This document shows, piece after piece, positions 8,943 to 21,612 of a DNA stretch of 61,566 nt. The DNA is from Neovahlkampfia damariscottae. Its lineage: Eukaryota. The stretch spans positions 1-61,566 of the forward strand of contig JABLTG010000126.1 in NCBI GenBank assembly GCA_016618085.1, in the 5' to 3' direction. The notes beneath the pieces were generated by a model. It was not told the origin of the DNA, ran no database searches, and saw nothing but the letters and a program-made list of their open reading frames with translations. Every line of letters begins with the position of its first letter. Positions within the stretch are counted from its first letter, which is position 1. Both the position numbers and the translations under genes were made by a program.

Positions 8943-9066
8943 TAATGGACTCCGGAAATTGGTCAAAAAAAATAAAAAATCCGCGAAAATGGTCTTTTTT
9001 CATTTCCTTGGGGGATGAAAATAAAAAAAAGTTAAATTCCCAGCCGGACTTTTCCACTCTACTACT
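8943..9066 (-). repeat. Right terminal inverted repeat (124 bp)
   Basis: Ends ...ccactctactact and is followed by TSD ttgata. Confidence 0.97.
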
Positions 9067-9553
9067 TTGATAGATTAAAGAAATTTGGGAAATCACCATA
9101 CACTCTTGAAAATAATTTTCTTCAATGCATCTTCATTTCATTGTTCATTGATTTGGTATTATTTTATTGCTTCGGGCCAAAAATGGTTTTAATATACATT
9201 TAATTGAAAGTTTGTTTGCTGGTCTACTTTTGGAAGATGTCAATTATGTTGAGCACTATGGATTAGAAAGACAAAAAATATCCGAAGAAAAATATGAACA
9301 AGTTAAACCTCATCATTCATGGAATGCAGATACAATAGTAACAAATTTAGTTACTTTGAACATTCAAAGACATTCAGATCATCATGCAAACGCTTTTAAA
9401 CATTATCAATGTTTATCAAGTATTGACGAAGCCCCACAATTGCCAACGGGGTATGGTGGCATAATGGTACTTTCAACTGTTCCTCCTTTATTTTTTAGAG
9501 TGATGAATCCTTTGGTTGAGAGTTGGAATGCCAAAGAAAACATAATTAAATAA
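9067..9553 (+). pseudogene. alkB: alkB-like alkane 1-monooxygenase, 3' part
   Basis: NYVEHYGL, HSWN, QRHSDHHA and APQLPTGY are AlkB motifs. There is a frameshift near 9192-9197 (FGPKMVLI / HLIESLF). Confidence 0.88.
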
Positions 9554-9733
9554 AAGTGAAAGTGATACTTTTTATAAAATTTCCTCTTTTGATAAATACA
9601 CAGAAAATTAATTTGAATGGCGGGAAGGGAACACAGAATCAAGTAAATGAACTCTATGGCTTAGATGTACACCAATATTACTTTCATAAAAATACAGAAT
9701 TGATAGAATTAAATAATGAGAAATCAATAAGTT

Positions 9734-12700
9734 TTATTCAAATAAATCTTCTCTTTCATCTTTTGATTCATCTTCCATTTCACTAAATTTCATAAAATGA
9801 ATTGCTCTATGTGTTTCATCATAATATGGTTTTGGAATACCTAACATCACATCATAATCCATTGATTCTGAATGTTGTGGTCCTTTAAAGTTATAATTCC
9901 ATGAACCTTCTTCAGGGACCATATAAAATCCATGATATTTTGAAGATAATAACATTTGAACTTTTGAATAAAATTGAGGTGAATAACCTTGTGGTGAATT
10001 CTTTTTATAGTTATTTTTTCCCCATTCATAACCTTGAGGTGTTAATTTGTAGGCACTAAGTGAACAAGAACCAGGTGTAAAAGATACTGTTAAACAAATT
10101 GTTTTTTCTCCATCCCAAGATTTAGATTGTGACATTATTTTTGCATGTTGTAAAACATCTTGATAAGCTAATTGAGTTGTTTCTGTTGGTTGTGTATGAA
10201 TCCAACCTAAAGGTTCAAGATCATTTAACAATTCATGTTCTGGTAATTTCTTTGGAAGATTAACATTTTGATGAGTTCCCCATTGAGGTACCATAACAAT
10301 ACAATGAATTTCTTTAACATTTGGATTATCTTCAGGTGATGTTCCATATAAAAATCCTGAAATTTGAGTTCGAAGATCAGAAATTTGAATAAACGTTTTT
10401 AAGATATTCTTTGGTAAAATGAATGTATAACCATTTTCTGAAATATCTTCTGAAGAAACATAAATGTGTTTTGTACGTAAATGCAAATTTGTGGCTGCGA
10501 TAGCTCTAACTCTCCAACTTGTTTTTGAACTAAATGTTTCTTGTTCATAAGGTGAAAAGTTTGTTGTTGCAATTTCATTTCCAAATTTATCAGTAGTGAC
10601 AGTTGTAACAGTATTTAAATGAGCAGATGTTTCTTTTCCTTGTGATTCAATTTCTGCAATTTTTTGTCTCTCTAATGAAGGTGCTGTAATTTCCATTCCA
10701 AGAATAATATCACGAATCTCAGATTGAGTTAATGATGAAACATTAACATTATTTCTTTTTCCATAATCTGCTAAAATGATATCTTTAAGTTGAGTCTCAA
10801 CACTCACCCAATCAGAATCTTGAATTGTTGGAAATACATGATGAGGTTGAGTAACAGTACTCTTGTGTGGTTTTAAAATCATTTTAGTTCTTTCATGAGA
10901 AACATGAATTGCACGTAAAATTAAAATTAATCTACTAAATGCAGTATAAGGTGAAATTGTTTTTAACCAATCATCATAGATACTAAATAAAACCATTTTT
11001 GGTTCTGTTGCCTTCAAGATTAAATCACCAAATTTTTCAATTTTCAAACATGCTTGAAATGGTAATTGAAGTTCACTACCTTTAATAACAATATTTGGAA
11101 AATCTAATAAATGAACTTCAAGAGGATCTAATAAACCTTTTCTTGTAACAATGATTTGTTTTGGTTGTTCTTCAACTGGTAATGTACGAATTAAAGCAGC
11201 AACTTCTTCTGCAGTTTTCCATTTCGCTAATTGACCTAAACGTTTTTGACCTGCCCAAACAGAAGTATGAATAATTTTCAAAAACAATTGACCTGTTCTT
11301 GGATTGAAAATGAAAATTGCACCATTAATCGGTTTGGTTGTCAAATTTCCTTCAAATGTTTTATGAATTGTAACACGATAAACATTTGTATCATCAACAA
11401 ACCAGATAATTTGATTACTAAATAATTCACCATAATTTTGAGATGATAAGTATGGTTCTGCAGGTTCTGCTGAATAAAGTTGTAAACCTTTTCTAATTCT
11501 TTCCCTCAATACATAAAGAGCAGGATTTGATTTCATAATTTTATTCATTGCTTGTCCAAGTAATGGTTTAACACCTGGGAACCAATTACCATAAGCAGAA
11601 TGAGTATTATAAGCTAAATCAATAGCAATTAAAACACCTGTCGCAGAAGGATAAATGCTGATATTATCTTGAGTATAATCTAAATATTTAGATTTTGCAT
11701 ATCTTTCAACATCATGACTATCAAAATCACCCCATCTTAATTGAACATCAACCCAATATTTTTGAGTTGAATTTCCTTCAAATGAATCATTTGAATGTGT
11801 TAATTGAGAAGGTTTACAAATTTGCCATTTAAATGCTGAGAATAATAAAATATCAGCACATGAACTATTCATTTTATAAGATTTACGTGGATGAATAGTT
11901 TCTTTTTGAACATTTTCAATTTCTAAAGGTTCTAATTGTTGATCAAAAACTTGACATAAATCCATTACAACTGCTTCATGAATTTTTTGCCATAAATGAG
12001 CTCTGAAAATTTGAATGAGTGAAATTTTTAAAGTTGGAATTTTTCCATGCATAAAAATACCAGTTAAATCAAGTTGAACTTGAAATCCAACATAAACATT
12101 TGATCTATTGATTGTAGGACTCCACCAAAGTGTAAATCTTCTATTTGGAATTTGATTCAAACCAGATCTTTGAGCATTAGTAAGTTTCTTATATTTCATT
12201 GATTCTTCAAAACCTGATGCTTTTTCCCAAAAGAGACCTTCCCAACTTGGAAAGTATGTACCTTTGAATAAAGTATGTTCTAAAATACCTTCAACACCTC
12301 CAAGTGATTGAATCATATCAGTTCTGTAATTATTTAAATTCCATAATTTACCATCATGACGTTGATGTGTCCACCAAAATGGATTGATTTTTAAAACTTG
12401 ATAAACTTTCCATTCATTACGCATTCTCCAACCTTTATCATAAGCTAATGTATGACGATCTTTTTGGAAAAGAGTATTAATTCTTGGAATACCACGATCC
12501 CATGAATCTTCAAGATCTTCAAGTGTTAAACGTCTATTTTGAGTTGCAGCTTCTTGTCTTTTGAGTGTGTATTCAGCCCAAACTCTTTGAGAATCAACAA
12601 ATTCTGATTCCCATGATTGAACATATCTATAAAGATTTGGAATTAATTGATCTTGATCATGACTCATTCCACTTCTAAAATGTGTAATTCCACCAGAATC

Positions 12701-15700
12701 ACTTTGTTGAGAATATTTCAAATCAGATTGTGGGATTAAAACATGACCCATTGAAAGCATTCCAAGACCACCGAGTTCTTTTGGTGTATAAAAAACTACA
12801 GGTGGAAATCTAGTTGGCATTTTTGAATTGAGACCCATTTTAATTCTTGTTTGAATTTTATTTTCACTTTTAACAAGTAAATCAAGTAATTCTTGAGTAT
12901 TAACAGCAGCTTCTCTGTAGTATGTTAATAAACCAATTAAAGCTGTATTCCACTTGTTGACAATTTTGGTGAATGTAGTTGAACCTGAACTCATTAAAAT
13001 CATTCTAATTCTATTTTCAAATTTCTTCAATGATGCATCATCAACTCTTAAAAATGCTTGAGCAGTTCTTTCTTTTGTCAATGCATTTTGAAGATTCCAA
13101 ACTCCATCTCTATTTAAAAATTCACCATTCAATGCTCTTGATTTTGGTAAAATACGAACTTCAAAATGACACATATTGAATAATAAATTTGGATTGTCTT
13201 TGCTAAAAACTGAAACAAATGTATCACTCCATTGAAGTGAAGTTAATGATCTTGGTAAACGATTTTTTAACTCCCAAAATACAGCTCTTCCAAGATTTAC
13301 ATCATGTTTCATTAATCTCATTCTTGCATCTCTTGGCCAACATTTTTTATTATTGTAGCCAACAACATTTTCATTATTTGGATCTGGATGTTCTGTGAGA
13401 TATCTTTGAATTAAATCTTTTGCTTCATCATGTGTAAATCTGAATAACACATAAAATTGATCAATATATCTTGTATACAATCTTATTGGATGTTGTGTTT
13501 CAGTTGTTACATCCTGATAGGTTAAAAATTCGTTTGGCATATTTGGAGGACCAGCAATATCAGTAGCACGTTGTCTTCCCAATAATAATAAATCTAAAAT
13601 AAGTCCATAATATTGCCAAACAAATGAAGCAAATTGTAAACCACGAATTAATCCATATGAGTTTGTATGATTCATATCTTTATAATTGATCACAATATTA
13701 TTTCTTGCTGTAATATAATCAGCAATATTATGATCTAAAATTAATCTGAGTAATCTATTCAATAAAATAATATCAATTTTTTCATATGGCTTTTCAAATT
13801 TACTTTCCATTAAAACAACACATTCACCATTTGAAGTATCCCAAATATCTGTTAAGTTATTAATACCTTGACACCATTTATAAACTAAAAGTGGAGGTGG
13901 TTCTCTATCACTTGGTTTAACCCAATTTGGGAATAAATGTCTTTTATCTGATTCATACCATAAATATTGATCAAGGTATGCATCTGTTATTTTCTCGATT
14001 GGTTCAATATCATAAACAGGAAGTAAATGGGTATAAAAATCCATAAATTCAATTTTTGATTCTTTGAATGATCTTTGAGTGAGTAAATGACTTTTAACTC
14101 TTGCTAAACATTCATTTGGATTTTCATAAGCTTGTTCAATCAAACCTAATTCTTCTCTTTGTGATTGATTCAAGCGACTTTTGACACTATATGCTTCTTT
14201 TAATCTTTCAAGAGCAAGAATGAGTAATTTTGTGTCATGTTTGTAACTTAAAGGTGGGAAAGGAATTGGTGAGAATTTTCTACTTTCCAACCAATGAACT
14301 GTTGAAGTATAAATTGCAACAGCTTCTTCTGCAGAAATATAAGGACCATCTTTCAAGTAATTATGTTGTCTTTCATGTTCATTTTTCAAATATAAACGTG
14401 TTAAACGACCTAAATTCTTTTTAACAACAGTTTTATCAACAGTAGCTCCTCTTTTGATACGTTCTCTATTATAATGAGCAACATTTGTATACCAATCAGC
14501 TTTTGCCTTGACATATCTCAAAATAAGATTTTGAATTGGTTCTGGCATTCCAGGAACTTGCCATGGAATATTGGCTTTCCAACATCTCCAAGCTTCACTT
14601 AAATGTTGAAGAATAGTTCTAGCTTTGTTTTGTTTAACAGATTCTGGCATCATATCTAAAATATCATGCATTACAGCAGCACGTAATTCTAAATCATAAT
14701 TTGATTCAATTCTTTGTTTTGTAATTGTCTTTGCTGTTCCTTTTGATTGTCTTCCTTCAAATTGTCTTGATAGAAGATTTTGTAACCATCTTTCAACTAA
14801 TGGAACAATTCCTCTTAAGAAAAACATCCAAACTCTCCAAACAGGAGCCCAAAATCCAACACCAGGACCTTTTCCAACAGGACCAGTGTTGAAACGATAA
14901 TAAACAACATGTTTTAAATCTTTACACATTCTAACTTGTCTCATCAATTTGTATTTATATCTATACATACCAGTTAATTGACCAATATGACAGAAAATAT
15001 AATGAATACCATCAGCAAGTTGATAAGCATCAATATTACCAAGTCTATATTGAACATGTGAATCAATGATTAATTTTGTCATTCTAAAAATTTCTCTACA
15101 TAAATGAAATGCATTTCCAAAACGAGATTTTTTTCTTTCTTTTGTTGTTAAAGTCTTGATTGGTTTTAAATTAAAATTATAATCTAAATGAAGATAATTC
15201 AAATTCTTTTTATGAATTAATAAATTTAACATGTTATATCCTTGACGACATACTTGAAGTCCTGCTTCAACCCAATCTAATGTAGTTTGATGAAAGAATT
15301 TTGTTTGTGAAAGTGTACTCAATAAAGATCTTTTTGTTAATGCTTTATCTTTTCTTTTATGAAGTGAATTTAAAACATAAACTTTTAAAAGTTTTTGATA
15401 ACTAACTCTAACTTTAACTGGATAAATTGAAGGACAATGTTCTTTATACCAACTTGAAATTAATGGAACATCAATGACTCTTTTAGTTGAATCTGATCTT
15501 AAATTAAAAGGTCTTGGAGCCCAATATAATGAAATACCAGCATTTGTATATTCAGTATTTAATGGACAATCATCTAAAATTGGTGTAACTTCTTCAGGTA
15601 AAATGAATTCTTCATCATCTTCATCTTCATCTTCTTGAATCATTTGATCAAATTTTGTTGTATAACTTGGAATTGGATTGATAATTGGATCAAATACAAA

Positions 15701-16693
15701 AGGATCTGAATCAGGATCTTCTGATTTAACAAAACAAACAGGTGGTTTATGATAAACTGAACTTTGAACTTTTCTTGGTCTATCATTGTAAAGATATGGA
15801 AAAGCAATTTTATATTCTGTTCTAATCTTTTGTCTCACAATAATTTTATGAATATCATTAAATTCATTCCAATCTTCATTTGATTCATCTTGATCTTTGT
15901 ATAAAGGTTCAAATTTTGGACCACCAGGTAAAGCTTGACCTAATGCTTTTGCTGTATAAAATGAGTTTAAATCAAACATATAAAAATAATTATCATCAAT
16001 AACATCACTAAAAAGTTGTTCAGCAAAACGATGAATTGTTGTTAAAATTGGTAAATCTAATCTCCAACTTTTGTATGAAGGTCCATTAACAAATTTGGTA
16101 AATTGAAGTGGATTATGATCATAAAACCAATCCATAACAGCTTCATCTTCCTCTTCATCAAATTCCATTTGAATTGGATCCAAAGGTTCAACATCTAAAA
16201 TATTTTCACCATAATCTAAAGGTGGTTCTTCATCATCAAAAGGTGGAAGTCTCATTCTTCTAAAATGTTTTCTATCTCTTTTTTCTCTTCTCATTAAAAT
16301 CCACATTGTTGACCATTGAGCTATATAAATTGGTTCAATAACAGAAGGTGTTTCATTAACAAATGTAATAGCTCCAGAAGTGTGATAAAGTACTTTTACG
16401 TTTCTAACTTGTTCCCATGGCATTGGCATGTTTTCTAAAAGTTTATAAACAGCATGAGGCATATATTTTAAAGCTCCTAAATAAACTCTTTTGTCATTTC
16501 TGAATTTTTTGTTGCTTAAATCACCATGATCTTTAACAATTCTTCTTAAATTTTCAGGTGGCATATCACTTTTAAGTGTTTCTTGATAACCAACTTTTCT
16601 TTTGGAAACAAATTTTTTTGTGTTAATTTGTTCCCATTTCTTGCCTTTCATTTCAAAAAACTCTAGTTGTTTTTCGTTTTCTTCTTGTTCCAT
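9734..16693 (-). CDS. PRP8: Pre-mRNA splicing factor Prp8
   Basis: Full-length, highly conserved Prp8 sequence ([34 protein letters not shown]-terminal JAB/MPN). Likely start ATG 16693. No introns. Confidence 0.99.
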   Translation of the reverse strand: MEQEENEKQLEFFEMKGKKWEQINTKKFVSKRKVGYQETLKSDMPPENLRRIVKDHGDLSNKKFRNDKRVYLGALKYMPHAVYKLLENMPMPWEQVRNVKVLYHTSGAITFVNETPSVIEPIYIAQWSTMWILMRREKRDRKHFRRMRLPPFDDEEPPLDYGENILDVEPLDPIQMEFDEEEDEAVMDWFYDHNPLQFTKFVNGPSYKSWRLDLPILTTIHRFAEQLFSDVIDDNYFYMFDLNSFYTAKALGQALPGGPKFEPLYKDQDESNEDWNEFNDIHKIIVRQKIRTEYKIAFPYLYNDRPRKVQSSVYHKPPVCFVKSEDPDSDPFVFDPIINPIPSYTTKFDQMIQEDEDEDDEEFILPEEVTPILDDCPLNTEYTNAGISLYWAPRPFNLRSDSTKRVIDVPLISSWYKEHCPSIYPVKVRVSYQKLLKVYVLNSLHKRKDKALTKRSLLSTLSQTKFFHQTTLDWVEAGLQVCRQGYNMLNLLIHKKNLNYLHLDYNFNLKPIKTLTTKERKKSRFGNAFHLCREIFRMTKLIIDSHVQYRLGNIDAYQLADGIHYIFCHIGQLTGMYRYKYKLMRQVRMCKDLKHVVYYRFNTGPVGKGPGVGFWAPVWRVWMFFLRGIVPLVERWLQNLLSRQFEGRQSKGTAKTITKQRIESNYDLELRAAVMHDILDMMPESVKQNKARTILQHLSEAWRCWKANIPWQVPGMPEPIQNLILRYVKAKADWYTNVAHYNRERIKRGATVDKTVVKKNLGRLTRLYLKNEHERQHNYLKDGPYISAEEAVAIYTSTVHWLESRKFSPIPFPPLSYKHDTKLLILALERLKEAYSVKSRLNQSQREELGLIEQAYENPNECLARVKSHLLTQRSFKESKIEFMDFYTHLLPVYDIEPIEKITDAYLDQYLWYESDKRHLFPNWVKPSDREPPPLLVYKWCQGINNLTDIWDTSNGECVVLMESKFEKPYEKIDIILLNRLLRLILDHNIADYITARNNIVINYKDMNHTNSYGLIRGLQFASFVWQYYGLILDLLLLGRQRATDIAGPPNMPNEFLTYQDVTTETQHPIRLYTRYIDQFYVLFRFTHDEAKDLIQRYLTEHPDPNNENVVGYNNKKCWPRDARMRLMKHDVNLGRAVFWELKNRLPRSLTSLQWSDTFVSVFSKDNPNLLFNMCHFEVRILPKSRALNGEFLNRDGVWNLQNALTKERTAQAFLRVDDASLKKFENRIRMILMSSGSTTFTKIVNKWNTALIGLLTYYREAAVNTQELLDLLVKSENKIQTRIKMGLNSKMPTRFPPVVFYTPKELGGLGMLSMGHVLIPQSDLKYSQQSDSGGITHFRSGMSHDQDQLIPNLYRYVQSWESEFVDSQRVWAEYTLKRQEAATQNRRLTLEDLEDSWDRGIPRINTLFQKDRHTLAYDKGWRMRNEWKVYQVLKINPFWWTHQRHDGKLWNLNNYRTDMIQSLGGVEGILEHTLFKGTYFPSWEGLFWEKASGFEESMKYKKLTNAQRSGLNQIPNRRFTLWWSPTINRSNVYVGFQVQLDLTGIFMHGKIPTLKISLIQIFRAHLWQKIHEAVVMDLCQVFDQQLEPLEIENVQKETIHPRKSYKMNSSCADILLFSAFKWQICKPSQLTHSNDSFEGNSTQKYWVDVQLRWGDFDSHDVERYAKSKYLDYTQDNISIYPSATGVLIAIDLAYNTHSAYGNWFPGVKPLLGQAMNKIMKSNPALYVLRERIRKGLQLYSAEPAEPYLSSQNYGELFSNQIIWFVDDTNVYRVTIHKTFEGNLTTKPINGAIFIFNPRTGQLFLKIIHTSVWAGQKRLGQLAKWKTAEEVAALIRTLPVEEQPKQIIVTRKGLLDPLEVHLLDFPNIVIKGSELQLPFQACLKIEKFGDLILKATEPKMVLFSIYDDWLKTISPYTAFSRLILILRAIHVSHERTKMILKPHKSTVTQPHHVFPTIQDSDWVSVETQLKDIILADYGKRNNVNVSSLTQSEIRDIILGMEITAPSLERQKIAEIESQGKETSAHLNTVTTVTTDKFGNEIATTNFSPYEQETFSSKTSWRVRAIAATNLHLRTKHIYVSSEDISENGYTFILPKNILKTFIQISDLRTQISGFLYGTSPEDNPNVKEIHCIVMVPQWGTHQNVNLPKKLPEHELLNDLEPLGWIHTQPTETTQLAYQDVLQHAKIMSQSKSWDGEKTICLTVSFTPGSCSLSAYKLTPQGYEWGKNNYKKNSPQGYSPQFYSKVQMLLSSKYHGFYMVPEEGSWNYNFKGPQHSESMDYDVMLGIPKPYYDETHRAIHFMKFSEMEDESKDEREDLFE

Positions 16694-16868
16694 GTTGAAC
16701 TTGACTTCAGTTGTGCAAAGAAAAAATGAAGGAAATTGGTTGAAAGAAAAATAAATTTTATTGGTCAATTTTTAAAGATTTTTTTAAAACTCATTCTCAC
16801 AAGACTTTTCTTTCAAATTTTTTGTTTTAAATCAAAAAAGTTATTTTTCACAGTTTGATCTTTATGTT

Positions 16869-17911
16869 TTATTGATCAAATTTTGGTCGAAATAAATTAT
16901 TTTTATCAACTAATTTACATTCACCTCCTTCTGCAAAATTCAATTGAAACTTTAAAAAAACACCTTCAAAAGTAATAACATAAACATATTTCTCATCATC
17001 TGAAAAAGCACATTTATATTTTGAACTTGAAACATTTTTAATCACAGAAAAAGCACGAGTTGATTGAAACATATCTCCAAAAGTGGTAAAATAAGAATCA
17101 ACATTTTGTCTTTAAAAAAAATTAAAAAAAAACTTGAATATTACTCTTCCAATTTAAAAATATGAATTGTTCCATTATTTGAACCGACACAACACATTGT
17201 TGAAGATTTGTTAAAATTTATATCATGAATAGTCGCAGAAGAAGAACCTCTTCTGAAAGAGTATTTTAATTTACAATCAGGAATTGAAAAAATTCTAATA
17301 ATAGTGCCTGATATAGATGCAGAAGCAAGTAATTTTCCATTTTGTGAAAACTTTAAAATTTCAATTTCACCTTTATGTGCTTCAATAACATTAACTGGGT
17401 TTTGTGAATCCATATCAATAAGCATAATTGAACCTGAGTTATATGGATAAGCTAAATGACTTTCAAGTTTTAAATCATCATCTCCATGAGACAATGATGA
17501 TATTCCTTTTGAATTTTCAACTGTTAAGTCTATAGTTCGAAGTAACTTCATATTGGCTATATTAAATATATGTATCTTTTTTTCTAAAACAACAGCTACT
17601 CTTTTTTTACTTAAATGTACGTTTAAAATGGTAGTTTGGAAATTTAATTCGCAAATTATTTTTTTTTCGTTTGAATCAAAGAGTTGTAATTTTCTTGGTG
17701 AAAAATTTGATGATTTATCACCTCCAACTAACGCTAAAAGTGATGATGAAAATAACATTTCGACTATAGTTTTTCCACTTTCTTCTTCATAAAATTTTTC
17801 AAAAGGAGAAATGTTATAAATACGAAAATCTGTATCTGTTCCCATTGAAATACAAGTTGAGTTTTGATTAAAGTCTAAATGTAGTATTCTCTCTTTTTCT
17901 TCTTTTGACAT
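16869..17911 (-). CDS. ATG18: ATG18/WIPI PROPPIN
   Basis: EMLFSSSLLALVG, LASAS..GTIIRIF, FRRG motif and GTIHIF. Intron at 17110-17144. Confidence 0.92.
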
Positions 17912-17991
17912 TTGGATAACTTTTCTGTTCACCTGATTCTTTTTGAAAAAACAGATTTTGGTTGGTTTATTTTTTTATCCAATGAATATTC

Positions 17992-19525
17992 ATGTTTGAA
18001 AAAGGAGCTGTTGTTAAATCGATTTTAATTTTATTTTTGATTTCTTCAACTTATATTCTATTATATAAAACACAAAAACGTGAAAAAAACAGAAAAATTG
18101 AAGAAAAAATCGAACAATCAAAAAAAAATGTAAAAATGAATTTACAAAAAAAAACCAAAACATTAGTTTCTGCAATATTAGTATTTGACGGAAATTCATT
18201 AAATTTATTAAAAAAAAACATCAATCATTTGAAAAAATACACTTTTTTTAATGAAATTTTAGTATGGAACAATAACCAAAAAAAAATTTTAAATTCAACA
18301 ATGTTTGAAGATGAAAATGAAAAAAAAAAAGTGATAAAAATAATCAATTCACCATCAAATTCTAAATCATTTTCGAAATATTTTGCTTGTTCAATCTCAA
18401 AAAATGAATTTTGTTATTTTCAAGACTTGGAATGGAAGAACAACTTTTTGAAGTCAATGCATTCAAATTTATTGAAATTTCCCAACTTGATTCATACAAT
18501 ATCGAACCCTAATATATTTTGGGAAATTAAAAAATACTCATTTTTCATTAGAAAATATAAATTTCACACAGCTTTTTCATGGATGAATTATGGAACATTT
18601 GCGTCAAAAGAAAAGATTGTTAATTTCTTAAGACAAATCGCATTATTGAATTTACAATCCTCAAACATGAATTTAGATCCTTATTTTATTATTTTTTCAA
18701 ATGAATTTCCTTTGAACTTGATCAATGAAATTTTTCCATTTCAATTAACATCAAAAGAGCAACAGGAAGAATATAAAAGAGAATCAAAAACTGAGAATTT
18801 TCAAAAAGGTCTTACTAAATCCTTGAAGATTTTGTACTCGAATTTAATCAATTCAAATCAAAATACTTTTCAAAATGGTGATTTAATACCTGGATTACAT
18901 TTAAGGTTCGAAAGAGTATTTTTTGACATTTTTCTCGAAGAGATTCGAAATCTGTTTGTAAAAAAGATAATTGTATTTTATTCACAAATGTTGATTCATT
19001 TCCATCGCCATTATCAGTTAAATATAATCCAGATGAATCATTAAGTAAACATTTATCAAAATTTGAAACTTATCCGGATAAATTTATATTTTTGAAGAAT
19101 TATTATTATTTTGCAGTTGATGGAAAAACTGAAACTTGTTGGAAAAGTAGTAGAAGTAAGCAAAAAAAAAAAATTAAAAATTAGAAATTTTAAAAGGAAG
19201 TTATTTCGGTTTGGATTTATTGAAACATCAAAAAATTAAAGGAATAACATTATATTTTGGAATGAATGGTTTAATTAAAGAATTTAAAAATTCTATTAGA
19301 ATTGAAAAATCAAAAAATCAAATCAATTGGAAAATTGAAAGTGGAATTGAGTTCATTGAAAATTTTGAAGAAAAAAAAATTGAAATTAATTTTTTGAATA
19401 AAAAAGATAATTTAGAAGATGATAATGAGGAAGAAGAAGATTATTTTGAATTTAGATTTTTTAAATTTTTGTTTTTAAAAAATTTACCAGTTGAAATGGA
19501 AATTTGTGAAATAAAAGTAAAATGA
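17992..19525 (+). CDS. Type II membrane protein, GT64/EXTL-like domain plus discoidin-like C-terminus
   Basis: N-terminal TM segment, EILVWNN, KYFACS..KNEFCYFQD and AVDGK.ETCW. Short introns. Confidence 0.5.
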
Positions 19526-19569
19526 AACAACATCAGATCAAATTAAACTCTTTTAAACTTTTCTAATTT

Positions 19570-21375
19570 TTATTCATCTTTTTCAATTTCTTGATGTTGT
19601 TTTAAAACAGTAACAGCTTCTGCAACTTTTGCGTTAAGAGCATCATTTGATTCAAGTAAATGTAAAATGTCACCATTATCCATTTCTAATAACATACCTG
19701 TAATTTTTGAAGCTAAATCAGGTTGTTGTTGATGAACCATTGGGAATAAAGTTTCTCCAAGAGTTTGTTTTTGTGATCTTGGTGATAAATTTGCTAAATA
19801 AGTTGCGCTTAAATTTCCAGATTGTTGTACTTGTTGAGTTTGTACTTGTTGAACTGGTTTTTGTTGTTTGACTGGTTGTTGTTTATTTCTAACATTATCT
19901 TTGTACTTAACATCACCTCCTTGTTGTTCTTTTGTTGGTTGTTTTGTTGAAGTTTTTTGATTGTTACGTTGTTTTTTTCCAGGTTTTTGACTTTTTTGTT
20001 GATTTTGTTGGTTTTGAGTCCAACGTGGTTTAGGACCTCCCATTTGTTGATTTGGATACATCATTTGTCTTTGCATTGGTTGTCCATAAAATACTTGAGG
20101 TCCAGGATACATTTGTTGCATTCCAGGTCTAACAATACCTTGTTGTCTTTGTTTATATTGTTGTTCAAGTTCTTGACGTCTAAGTTCTTTTCTTTGAGCA
20201 AGTGTAACATAAAGTGGTTTGTTTAAAATAATTTTGGTATGCATTTCTGTGATAGCTTTAATTGATTCTTCAGGTGTTGAAAAACAAATAAATCCAAATC
20301 CTTTTGAAGCTCCAGTTTCATCTTTCATAACAACACATGATGTAATCTTTCCAAATTCATCAAATAAACCTTTTAATTTTTCGTCATCAACAGAATCATC
20401 TAAATTTTTAACATACACATTAAGTCCTTGATATTTTTGAATAGATTCTTGTTTTTTCTTTTCATATTCAGTTTTAAGTTTATGAACTCTATCTTCTTTT
20501 TTTTCTGCTTTACCAGCATAAAGTGGAACATCTTTACTTGTGAGTCCTTCAATGATTTTTCCGTTAGTATCTTCAACAGCTTTGTGAGCAGCTTCAGCAT
20601 CTTTAAAATTAATAAAACCAAATTGTTTTGATTTTCCATCTTTATCTTGACTAACAAGGCAACTTGTAACTTCTCCATATTTTTCATAAAATTTTTGAAG
20701 TGTTTTATCATCAACTGAAACATCTAAATCTTTTAAAAATACGTTTGTATAAAGTTCTTCAGATCCTTTTGTTCTTTCATGTTTTTTAACGAATTTTGTA
20801 ACTTGACTAAAGAGTAATTTTTAGTTTTTTTATAAAAAATAAACTTACACTTGTTTTCCAGCAATAAGCATACCATCAACTTTTTGAATAGCCATATCAG
20901 CAGCTTCTTCTGAATCAAAATGAACAAAACCATAACCAAGTCTTTGTTCTTTAATTTCTGGTTTTCCATCAGTTCCTGTCACTTCATATCTTTTTGCACT
21001 AACTTTACAAGATAAAATATTTCCAAATAAACTGAAAGTATCATATAATGTTTTGTTATCAATAGATTCATCTAAATTCTTGATAAAAATATTTCCAAGA
21101 CCACTCTTTCTGACAGCAGGATCCCTTTGAACGTACATAATACGAATTGGTTTGCCTTTTACTTCACTAAAGTTTAATCTTTCGATAGCACTTGCAGCAT
21201 CTTCAGCATTTTGAAAATTGACATAAGCATATCCTAAAGATTTTGAAGTCATGACATCTCTACAGACTTTAATGGAGACAATAGGACCAATTTCACGAAA
21301 AACTTCATATAAAAGTGCTTCGTTTGCATCTGGTTGAAGATCACCAACATAGAGAGAAGAATTTACGTATGACAT
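19570..21375 (-). CDS. PABP: Polyadenylate-binding protein
   Basis: Four RRMs ([24 protein letters not shown]) and an MLLE domain ([10 protein letters not shown]). Intron at 20807-20848. Confidence 0.97.
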
Positions 21376-21612
21376 GATTTTTACTAATCAATATTAATAA
21401 ATAAAACAGTCTCTCTTACCTTCAATTGAAAGAAACTAACCAAGAAAGGACAGTTCTAATTGGATAAAAAAACCCGTTTTATTGGACAACTTCGTCAAAT
21501 CTGATTGGTCCATTGGCTTCGAACTAAAATTGAATGAAAAAAACAAAAAGTAATTTTGTATTTCTTAAAAATTAGTAAATTCTTTCAAAAAAAATTTTTT
21601 TTTCAATTTTTT

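Larger units (their letters stand above)
1919..9066. mobile_element. 7,148-bp TIR element, transpoviron-like or capsid-less mini-Polinton
   Basis: Perfect 124-bp TIRs with AG...CT termini. TSD TTGATA at 1913-1918 and 9067-9072. Removing the element plus one TSD restores the alkB frame (EVD/RLKKFGKSPY). The ORFs are intronless and include a PolB-SF1 helicase-HNH fusion. Confidence 0.95.

Noticed and set aside
1919..9066. Full Polinton or virophage
   Set aside because: Too small, with no ORF of suitable size or motif for a major capsid protein, packaging ATPase or RVE integrase.
9190..9200. Extra TA in alkB as a Tc1/mariner excision footprint
   Set aside because: Slippage in an ATATA run or a sequencing error explains it equally well, and there is no other support.
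12190..12250. PRP8 intein at the canonical fungal insertion site
   Set aside because: [12 protein letters not shown] is contiguous and the protein has normal length.
16694..16768. N-terminal extension of PRP8 in the ORF track
   Set aside because: It starts at a non-ATG codon and overlaps the CCAAT/UTR region. ATG 16693 is more plausible.
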